DNA from: Bacteroidota bacterium
GTDB lineage: Bacteria; Bacteroidota; Bacteroidia; AKYH767-A; 2013-40CM-41-45
Direction of reading: 5' to 3'
Assembly: GCA_039930605.1 (NCBI GenBank)
Contig: JBDTTM010000001.1
Location: 1 to 41,016, forward strand
Length of the DNA: 41,016 bases
Below are positions 17,451 to 24,542 of this stretch, piece after piece. Below the pieces are notes generated by a model. The model was given only the letters and a program-made list of their open reading frames with translations. It made no database searches and had not been told where the DNA came from. How positions within the stretch are numbered: the stretch's first letter is position 1; every line of letters begins with the position of its first letter. Made by a program: the position numbers and the translations under genes.

Positions 17451-17473
17451 CAATAAAATATGAAAATGATAGA

Positions 17474-17503
17474 GCCGTTCAGCCTTGGTTGAACGGCTTT
17501 TTT
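17474..17503 (+). terminator. Rho-independent terminator
   Basis: gccgttca (17474-17481), 8-nt loop, tgaacggc (17490-17497), then tttttt (17498-17503). Lies 24 nt after the stop at 17450. Confidence 0.85.
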
Positions 17504-17509
17504 ATTGTT

Positions 17510-17580
17510 AAAAGTTAATCCTACCAGCGTCCAATTTTTTTTTCGGCCGACATAGGGGTAAACCCTTTTGAAGTTGTCAT
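17510..17580 (+). promoter_or_regulatory. Tripartite motif copy 1: AAAAGTTAATCC-N30-ATAGGGGTAAAC-N9-GTTGTCAT, upstream of the ECF sigma gene
   Basis: Direct comparison with 21227-21288. The 12-mer is identical, the second 12-mer matches at 11/12, the 8-mer is identical, and the N9 spacing is identical. Confidence 0.5.
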
Positions 17581-17627
17581 CCAGATATAAAAAGGCATTT
17601 GCTAAACTTGCGGACGAATTATTCAGC

Positions 17628-18197
17628 GTGTCCCAGGAAAACGATATAGCAAATGCATGGAAGCAGGATGAAAAAGCTTTTGAAGACTTATTCAGAAGTT
17701 TATATCAGCCACTGTGTAAGAATGCGAATATGCTATTGAATGATTCCGATGAAGCCGAAGAAACCGTACAAAATGTCTTTATTTCACTTTGGGAAAAACG
17801 CAGGGAAATGGAGATAACTATTTCAATCAAATCTTATTTGTACAAAGCTGTGCGGAATGCTTCGCTCAACAGGATCAAACATAGCAAAGTGAGAAAGCAA
17901 TATGTGGAAGAACAACAATACCTTTCTCCTTCAATTCCGGCTACAGAAATCTCTATTCAAAACGAATTACAGGCACAGATTCAAAAGGCTATTGAAAGTC
18001 TTCCGGAGCAGTGCCGTCTTATTTTTAAGTTCAGCCGTTTTGAAGAATTGAAATATTCAGAAATAGCGGAACAACTGGGCATTTCCATTAAGACAGTTGA
18101 AAACCAGATGGGGAAAGCATTGAAAATTATGCGGGAGCAGTTGAGGGATTACCTGGTACTTATCATTTTCATTATTCATTCTCAACTTTTAAGCTGA
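17628..18197 (+). CDS. ECF-type RNA polymerase sigma-70 factor. GTG start at 17628 is preferred. The ORF is open from a TTG at 17568.
   Basis: Region 2 AEETVQNVFISLWEKR...YLYKAVRNASLN. Region 4 HTH LKYSEIAEQLGISIKTVENQMGKALKIMRE. The TTG-17568 extension would overlap the conserved GTTGTCAT element. GTG gives MSQENDIANAWKQDEKAFEDLF, a typical N-terminus length. Confidence 0.85.
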   Translation: MSQENDIANAWKQDEKAFEDLFRSLYQPLCKNANMLLNDSDEAEETVQNVFISLWEKRREMEITISIKSYLYKAVRNASLNRIKHSKVRKQYVEEQQYLSPSIPATEISIQNELQAQIQKAIESLPEQCRLIFKFSRFEELKYSEIAEQLGISIKTVENQMGKALKIMREQLRDYLVLIIFIIHSQLLS

Positions 18198-19208
18198 TTG
18201 GAAAACAGGTTTGAACATATTGATGAAACAATTGCCCGGGTATTATCGGGTGAAGCCAATTTCAGGGATAAAAACCTGCTTCAGGAATGGATTGCTTTGT
18301 CCGAAGTAAATAAAAATACTTTTTCCGCATCAGAAAAATTATTTCTGCAAAGTAAAAATGTGAAACATCAAATTCCTGTTGACACAGACAAAGCCTGGAT
18401 GAAGGTAAAGAGCAGGATGAATGTGCAGGAAAATGACGCAAAAATTATTTCCATCAATTCAAGACCGTGGACTTCCTTCCTTCGGATTGCAGCCATACTG
18501 GCTATCGTGGGCGGATTGAGTGCTGCTGTTTATTTTTCCCTTGCTCCTGCAAAGATGGTTAATGATAAAATTATTTCTTCTGCAGATGTGATTGTGCATG
18601 AAATACTCCCTGATGGTTCATCAATTACCCTGAATAAAAACAGCAGTCTCAGTTACTCCTCTGCCGGCTATGGCAAAGCGCGAATCATTCAACTGAAGGG
18701 CGAGGCATTTTTTGATGTAAAGCATGACGACACAAAAGTATTTGCCATTGAAGCCGGTGAATTGAAGATTGAAGACATTGGAACTTCATTTAATGTAAAT
18801 GCAAATCCGGCAGCTAAAAATATTGTTGTTACTGTTAAAACAGGTGAAGTAAAAATAACAGCAAATGGAAAGTCAGAGATCAACCTGGTTGTAGGAGAAA
18901 CAGCCGATTATAATTCTGAGACAAATGTTTTTGTCAAATCTCTTTCTGAAGACAAAAACATTACGGCCTACAATGACAAAATATTTGTATTCGACAATAC
19001 GGAACTGCAGGTCATTGTAAAACTCCTGAATGAAGTGTACAGTCAAAATATTGTATTCCAAAATGATGATCTGAAGAAATGCAGGCTCACGGCTTCTTTC
19101 AACAATGAAACATTGGATTCAATCCTCGGGGTCATTGCTGAAACACTGCAATTGCAGGTTAACAAAACAGAAACTGAAATTAAGCTGAACGGCAATGGTT
19201 GCAAATAG
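18198..19208 (+). CDS. FecR-family anti-sigma factor (TTG start abutting the sigma stop codon)
   Basis: N-terminal anti-sigma segment (ARVLSGEANFRDKNLLQEWI). TM helix FLRIAAILAIVGGLSAAVYF. FecR domain (ITLNKNSSLSY...LKGEAFFDVKHD...FAIEAGELKIEDIGTSFNV). C-terminal DUF4974-like block (FDNTELQVIVKLLNEVYSQNIVF). Confidence 0.85.
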   Translation: MENRFEHIDETIARVLSGEANFRDKNLLQEWIALSEVNKNTFSASEKLFLQSKNVKHQIPVDTDKAWMKVKSRMNVQENDAKIISINSRPWTSFLRIAAILAIVGGLSAAVYFSLAPAKMVNDKIISSADVIVHEILPDGSSITLNKNSSLSYSSAGYGKARIIQLKGEAFFDVKHDDTKVFAIEAGELKIEDIGTSFNVNANPAAKNIVVTVKTGEVKITANGKSEINLVVGETADYNSETNVFVKSLSEDKNITAYNDKIFVFDNTELQVIVKLLNEVYSQNIVFQNDDLKKCRLTASFNNETLDSILGVIAETLQLQVNKTETEIKLNGNGCK

Positions 19209-21009
19209 CAGAATCCTCTACCTCTTATTCCTGTTCATTATTGTCAACCCGAAAATTAATTCCGGTCAAACAAAAACACCCGCGCTGGAGCGAACTGTTT
19301 CTATCAATGTTGCAAATGAAACGATGGAAACAGTCCTCGACCAAGTTTCAAAACAAGGTCATTTCAGCTTCTCGTTTAATCCGGCTATAATGGATTTGAA
19401 AAAAGTTGTGACGGTTAAAATGAAAGATAAATCTGTAAGAGAAGTTTTGGAACATTTGCTCTCACCTGGCGTGAAATATAAAATGAGAGGCGAACATATT
19501 ATTCTTACGAAAGCGCCTGTATCTGAAAAAACATCAGCTCCCTCCTATTACCTTATCAGTGGCTATGTTACAGACGGTAACAATGGAAATAAAATTCCCG
19601 AGGTGAGTATTTATGATAAAGAAACAAGGTCATCTTCTGTTACAAACCATTATGGTTACTATGAACTTAAAGTTGACCGCAAGACAAATTCAGTACAGCT
19701 CATCGTGAATAAGCAGCAATTTAAAGACACGCTGATATATGTAAAACAATCCGGCAATACGATTATCAATGTAACCATCTATCCCGCGGAAAAGCTGCCT
19801 GAACCTGTTGATTCATCTGGCATTAAGCTGGAACAGGTAACAGAAGATCAGCTTGCATTCATAGATTTCATGCTGAGCGAAGAGCAAAAGGCAAATACAC
19901 GAAATGTAAAGGACACACTGAATAAAAAATTTCAACTCGCCTTCCTTCCATTCATTGGTTCTAACCTGCGCTTAAGCGGGAATACTGTAAACGATTATTC
20001 ATTGAATGTGCTGGCCGGATATTCCATGGGAACAAAAAAACTTGAAGTGGCGGGCTTGATCAACATTGACCGTGATTCTGTGCAGTCTTTACAAATAGCC
20101 GGTTTAATCAACGCAACAGGAGGCCCTGTAAATGGTGTTCAGCTGGGCGGACTCATTAACGCAAATATGAAGACTACAAAAGGGATACAACTTGCAGGAT
20201 TGTTGAACTGTAATGGTGACACGGTCCGTGGTTTCCAGGCCGCCGGATTGCTCAATGTAAATTTGGGTGAAGTACACGGAGTGAATGCTGCAGGCTTATT
20301 GAATGCCTCTTTTGGAAATATTGAAGGCGTGCAGGTCGCAGGACTCTTAAATTTTTCTTTGAAAGAAATAGAAGGTGCACAGGTTGCCGGCTTGTTAAAC
20401 GTCGCAGCAAAAGATATATCAGGAACACAAATTTCCGGATTGGTGAATTACGCCTCAAAGGTTAAAGGTTCACAATTGGCATTTCTGAATATTTCTGATT
20501 CCTCCTCAGGAATACCTGTTGGTTTTTTGAGCTTTTCAAGGAAAGGATATCATACAATAGAAATCAATGCAGATGAAGTGTTCCAGGTGAACCTGGCTTT
20601 CAGAACGGGCGTCAGGAGGTTTTACAATATTTTCACCTCAGGAATTCAAACGAAAAATCTGGAAAATCCGCTTTGGCATTATGGATATGGTTTGGGAACA
20701 GCGGTTAACCTGGGAAAAAAATGGTGGCTGAATTTCGATCTCACGGCGCAGCAATTACTTAAAGGTGGTACGTTTGAAGAATTGAACCTGCTCAGTAAAT
20801 TTAATGTTACACTGGATAAATCGCTTGCGAAAAAATTTACTGTGGCGTTTGGACCAACTTTCAATTTCTATGCATCAAACACAACTGTCCCGTATTACAA
20901 AAGCGATTTTAGCAAACTTCCTCCTTATACTTTTTCAAATGAAAGCTACTCCAACGACTTGAATATTAAAATGTGGGTTGGTGGAAAGGTGGCGCTGCGG
21001 TTTTTGTAA
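19195..21009 (+). CDS. STN plus carboxypeptidase-regulatory-like domain protein with 16-residue repeats. No TonB-dependent plug or barrel.
   Basis: Overlaps fecR by 14 nt. Signal peptide. STN block VSINVANETMETVLDQVSKQGHFSFSFNP...VREVLEHLL...YKMRGEHIILT. CarboxypepD_reg-like YLISGYVTDGNNGNKIPEVSIYDKETRSSSVTNHYGYYEL. Nine xQxAGLLNxxxxxxxG units. Strand-rich C-terminus ending KVALRFL. Confidence 0.8.
   Translation: MVANSRILYLLFLFIIVNPKINSGQTKTPALERTVSINVANETMETVLDQVSKQGHFSFSFNPAIMDLKKVVTVKMKDKSVREVLEHLLSPGVKYKMRGEHIILTKAPVSEKTSAPSYYLISGYVTDGNNGNKIPEVSIYDKETRSSSVTNHYGYYELKVDRKTNSVQLIVNKQQFKDTLIYVKQSGNTIINVTIYPAEKLPEPVDSSGIKLEQVTEDQLAFIDFMLSEEQKANTRNVKDTLNKKFQLAFLPFIGSNLRLSGNTVNDYSLNVLAGYSMGTKKLEVAGLINIDRDSVQSLQIAGLINATGGPVNGVQLGGLINANMKTTKGIQLAGLLNCNGDTVRGFQAAGLLNVNLGEVHGVNAAGLLNASFGNIEGVQVAGLLNFSLKEIEGAQVAGLLNVAAKDISGTQISGLVNYASKVKGSQLAFLNISDSSSGIPVGFLSFSRKGYHTIEINADEVFQVNLAFRTGVRRFYNIFTSGIQTKNLENPLWHYGYGLGTAVNLGKKWWLNFDLTAQQLLKGGTFEELNLLSKFNVTLDKSLAKKFTVAFGPTFNFYASNTTVPYYKSDFSKLPPYTFSNESYSNDLNIKMWVGGKVALRFL
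20041..20472 (+). repeat. Nine tandem 48-nt (16-aa) coding repeats, consensus (V/I)Q(V/L)AGL(L/I)Nxxxxxxx G
   Basis: LEVAGLINIDRDSVQS / LQIAGLINATGGPVNG / VQLGGLINANMKTTKG / IQLAGLLNCNGDTVRG / FQAAGLLNVNLGEVHG / VNAAGLLNASFGNIEG / VQVAGLLNFSLKEIEG / AQVAGLLNVAAKDISG / TQISGLVNYASKVKGS. The period is exactly 16 residues. Confidence 0.9.
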
Positions 21010-21226
21010 ATCCAAACCCATTTAAGCTTTATGTGTCCGATGTGTTTCAAGTTTTTTTCATCCCACGGGGTTTAACAGCCTTTTCAACACATAGTCACAT
21101 AGACTGCATAGAAAATAATTTCAATAGAAGTCGCCCATCAAATTTTAAAATAATTTGGATCTATACATATAATCTATCTGTCTTTATCTCTTATTGATTA
21201 AGAACACAGTATCAAACTTCTATATA

Positions 21227-21288
21227 AAAAGTTAATCCCGGAATTATTTCCAAACCACGATAGGGGTTAACTATCTCCCGGTTGTCAT
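21227..21288 (+). promoter_or_regulatory. Tripartite motif copy 2: AAAAGTTAATCC-N21-ATAGGGGTTAAC-N9-GTTGTCAT, upstream of the TonB-dependent receptor
   Basis: Same three blocks as 17510-17580. GTTGTCAT ends 27 nt before the ATG at 21316. Confidence 0.5.
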
Positions 21289-21315
21289 AGATAATATCAC
21301 ATTAATCTAAAACAT

Positions 21316-23676
21316 ATGACAATCAAATTTCAGATCTCATTTCTATTCTCATTCCTCCTGTTCCAATTGCTTTCCGCTCAAGAGCTCACGCAAACGATCA
21401 GGGGAACTGTTGTGGATAAAATCACGCAAATGCCTTTACCCGGCGCCAACGTGGTTGTAATCAATTCAACACCATTCAATGGAGCATCTACCGACCTGGA
21501 TGGTAAATTTAAAATCAGCCATGTGCCGGTTGGGAATCATTCGCTGAAAATTTCATTTCTTGGTTACAAAGAGCTCACCCTTCCAAATATTGTGGTGAAT
21601 TCCGGAAAAGAGGTCGTACTTAACGTTAATGTTGAGGAGAATATCATCCAGGGCGCTGAAGTTGTGGTTACCGGTAAATTAGAAAAGAACAAAGCCATCA
21701 ATGAGTATTCAGTAATCAGCGCGCGGACTTTCTCTGTTGAGGAGACGCAAAAGTATGCAGCTGCAGTGAATGACCCGGCAAGAATGGCGACGGCTTATGC
21801 AGGAGTAATCTCTACCAATGATGGGAATAATACAATTTCAATAAGAGGAAATTCCCCGAATGGACTTCAATGGAGAATGGAAGGCGTTGAAATTCCCAAT
21901 CCCAATCACTTCTCTAATGTAGGAACATCAGGAGGTGGAATTTCAATTCTGAGTTCCCAGCTGCTAACCAATTCAGATTTTCTTACCGGTGCCTTTTCCG
22001 CTGAATATGGAAATGCTTTGTCAGGCGTATTTGACCTTAAGCTCCGGAAAGGAAATAATCAGAAACGTGAGTATACCATCCAGGCCGGAATATTAGGTAC
22101 CGATGTTGCTGCTGAAGGTCCGTTTAAAAAAGGATATGATGGATCCTATCTGGTGAACTACCGCTACTCTACGCTTTCTTTGTTAGATAAGATTGGAGTA
22201 AATATCGGATTTGGTACTACCACATTCCAGGACCTATCCTATAACATTTATGTGCCTACAAAGATTGCCGGTAGTTTTACCCTCTTTGGATTCGGTGGCT
22301 TGAGCTCGCAGGTTTTCAAAGCAGAAAAAGACTCTGCTCAGTGGACAGACTATTTTCACCGCATCAGTTCAAAGTTTCATGCAAATACGGGTGCATCAGG
22401 AATCACACACTTTCTCACCATCAACTCTTCTACATACCTGAAGACCTCACTCATTGCTTCGGGCACCAGCAACGGATACACTGATGATCTTATTAATGAG
22501 GAATATAAAACTGAACACCTCGGCGACCAGGATTTGTATCAGCGTAAAATATCACTGTCAAGTGTATTGACGAAGAAAGTGAATTCGCGTCTTAATCTGA
22601 AAGCGGGCATTACTGGAAATAAAATTTATTATTCTTTTTTCAAAAGGTATAAGAATGATGAAACAGACGAAGTTGAAACATATATCAACGAGGGAGGAAG
22701 TGCTTATACTTTCCAATCATTCATCCAGGCAAGTTATCATGCAACTGAAAGGCTGACGTTGAACGGTGGCGTGCATTTCCTCGTGCTTGCAACAAATGGG
22801 ACTTATGCTGTGGAGCCGCGGATTTCTGTGAAGTATGAACTGAATCCTGCACAATTCATTTCTCTTGGATATGGCTTGCACAGCCAGGTTCAGCCATTGG
22901 GTGTGTATTACGTGCAGCGAACAAATACAAATGGTGTGATTGAGAAGCCAAATAAAAATTTAGGTTTCACCAAAGCACAGCACCTTGTATTGGCTTATGA
23001 CCGGTCATTAAGTGAGTTTCTGCATTTGAAACTGGAAGGATATTATCAATACCTGTACAATATCCCGGTGAGTACAGATCTTGCAAGCACCTACTCAGTA
23101 CTCAACCAGGAAGAAGGCTATACCGATGAAGTGCTTACCAATAAAGGAACCGGCCGCAATGCCGGAATTGAACTGACGTTCGAACAATTTATGAGGAAGG
23201 ATTTATACTTCTTACTTTCCGGTTCATTATTCGATTCCAAATACAAAGCTGCCAATGGAGAATGGTACAATACCCGTTTCAACAGCAACTACAATATAAG
23301 TTTTACTGCCGGGAAAGAAGTGAAGACAGGAGAAAAATTCAGAAACCGAATACTTGGCTTTAACCTGAAAAGCGTGTACAGCGGTGGCTTGCGCGAAACG
23401 CCGATCAATGAACAGGCATCAGTTGCAAATGGATATGCCGTGCAATATGAGAACAGGGCTTTCGAACACAAAGTGAAAGATTACTTCAGGACCGATATCC
23501 GCCTAAGCGTTAAACGCAACAGGACAAAGAGTACTGTGACCTGGGCATTGGATATTCAAAATGTAAGCAACCACAAGAATGCTTACGGTAAATATTTTGA
23601 TCCCCAGTCAGGCAAAATACAAAACTGGTACCAGGCACCACTCATTCCCATATTGAGCTATAAAGTAGATTTTTAG
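21316..23676 (+). CDS. TonB-dependent receptor (CarboxypepD_reg N-domain, plug, barrel) with no STN extension
   Basis: Signal peptide ending LSAQ. IRGTVVDKITQMPLPGANVVV...DLDGKFKISHVPVGNHSLKISFLGY. Plug-like NDPARMATAYAGV...ISIRGNSPNG. Long strand-rich barrel with terminal LSYKVDF. Confidence 0.9.
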   Translation: MTIKFQISFLFSFLLFQLLSAQELTQTIRGTVVDKITQMPLPGANVVVINSTPFNGASTDLDGKFKISHVPVGNHSLKISFLGYKELTLPNIVVNSGKEVVLNVNVEENIIQGAEVVVTGKLEKNKAINEYSVISARTFSVEETQKYAAAVNDPARMATAYAGVISTNDGNNTISIRGNSPNGLQWRMEGVEIPNPNHFSNVGTSGGGISILSSQLLTNSDFLTGAFSAEYGNALSGVFDLKLRKGNNQKREYTIQAGILGTDVAAEGPFKKGYDGSYLVNYRYSTLSLLDKIGVNIGFGTTTFQDLSYNIYVPTKIAGSFTLFGFGGLSSQVFKAEKDSAQWTDYFHRISSKFHANTGASGITHFLTINSSTYLKTSLIASGTSNGYTDDLINEEYKTEHLGDQDLYQRKISLSSVLTKKVNSRLNLKAGITGNKIYYSFFKRYKNDETDEVETYINEGGSAYTFQSFIQASYHATERLTLNGGVHFLVLATNGTYAVEPRISVKYELNPAQFISLGYGLHSQVQPLGVYYVQRTNTNGVIEKPNKNLGFTKAQHLVLAYDRSLSEFLHLKLEGYYQYLYNIPVSTDLASTYSVLNQEEGYTDEVLTNKGTGRNAGIELTFEQFMRKDLYFLLSGSLFDSKYKAANGEWYNTRFNSNYNISFTAGKEVKTGEKFRNRILGFNLKSVYSGGLRETPINEQASVANGYAVQYENRAFEHKVKDYFRTDIRLSVKRNRTKSTVTWALDIQNVSNHKNAYGKYFDPQSGKIQNWYQAPLIPILSYKVDF

Positions 23677-23704
23677 TGTGATGACTTCATTATTTTGAAG
23701 TCCG

Positions 23705-23722
23705 GTTAGGGTAATCCCTAAC
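23705..23722 (+). terminator. 7-bp hairpin after the receptor gene (weak, no T-tract)
   Basis: gttaggg taat ccctaac. Confidence 0.25.
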
Positions 23723-23889
23723 TATTGATAAGTTCGTTGGTCCAATAAAATCCGTTGCGGTGTAGTTCATACTTTCAGTCGGAGGTGATAAAAAAGAAAT
23801 CTGGCTATCCCTCACTGGTTCCAAAGACGTAAAAGAGTTTATCAAAACGGAAATAGAATTTTAGAACTGTTTTATGCAGGATCTTAGTG

Positions 23890-24333
23890 TTAATTCCACT
23901 GATTCTTTTCCATCTCCTTCAACTTTAAAAGGGAACAAACAATGTTTGCAAAAACAGTCTTGTTTGTCTTGAGGAAATAATCGGTAGCGCCTTTGCGTAA
24001 TGTTTCAATTGCCTTTTCAAGATCATCCTGACCGGAGACGATGATGACCACAGCCATCGGGTTCAATGCCTTTATCATTTGAAGGACTTCAAGGCCGTTC
24101 GGACCATCAGCGAATTCATAATCAAGGATGATCTTGCGGCTATCCCCGGAACGGTAGTTTTTCAGGAAGTCATTCCCACTTTTATATAACTCGGCTCTCA
24201 ACTCAACAATAGTTAACAGGTAATCTTTTAGCATAAAGCTAAAACCCGGGTCGTCATCAACAATTATGACTTGTGTATCTGTAGTCTCATTTTCGATTTC
24301 CACCTTGAGAGGCTCCTCAACTGGTTTAGGCAT
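23890..24333 (-). CDS. Stand-alone response-regulator receiver. ATG at 24333 is preferred over the TTG at 24360.
   Basis: VIIVDDDPGF, acceptor Asp in KIILDYEF, VIIVSG, YFLKT. A TAAGTTTG -7 box overlaps the TTG-24360 codon and lies 25 nt upstream of ATG 24333. Confidence 0.85.
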   Translation of the reverse strand: MPKPVEEPLKVEIENETTDTQVIIVDDDPGFSFMLKDYLLTIVELRAELYKSGNDFLKNYRSGDSRKIILDYEFADGPNGLEVLQMIKALNPMAVVIIVSGQDDLEKAIETLRKGATDYFLKTNKTVFANIVCSLLKLKEMEKNQWN

Positions 24334-24357
24334 GATCTTATAGTTGTTATGAAAGGG

Positions 24358-24365
24358 CAAACTTA
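24358..24365 (-). promoter_or_regulatory. Putative -7 box (TAAGTTTG on the minus strand)
   Basis: Plus strand reads caaactta. Confidence 0.4.
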
Positions 24366-24542
24366 GATAATACCCAGATTCTGGAATGAATACGCCAATT
24401 AATAATTAACAGGGATTGGTATATAGACTGATCTATCCCGAATGTTGAAAATTACAAAAGAAGAATTTTTGAAATAGAAGGAACTTTCCGTCTTTTGAGG
24501 TCATTAACAACGAGGTAAGGCAAAAGGTAACATTTGTTTTAA

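Noticed and set aside
13070-17453. Multiple short ORFs on both strands within the 13233-17450 gene (for example 13356-13715, 14660-14893, 15311-15511, 16886-17134)
   Set aside because: They are embedded in a long, domain-rich reading frame, and the Thr/Gly/Ser/Ala-rich codon bias generates open alternative frames.
21060-21110. Short CACATAG / GCATAG / CAATAG direct repeats upstream of the receptor gene
   Set aside because: They consist of 5-7-nt imperfect repeats in AT-rich DNA and are too weak to distinguish from chance.
20973-21197. 74-aa plus-strand ORF in the STN-to-receptor intergenic region
   Set aside because: It overlaps the 3' end of the STN gene out of frame and runs through AT-rich spacer. 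It has no signal peptide or motif.
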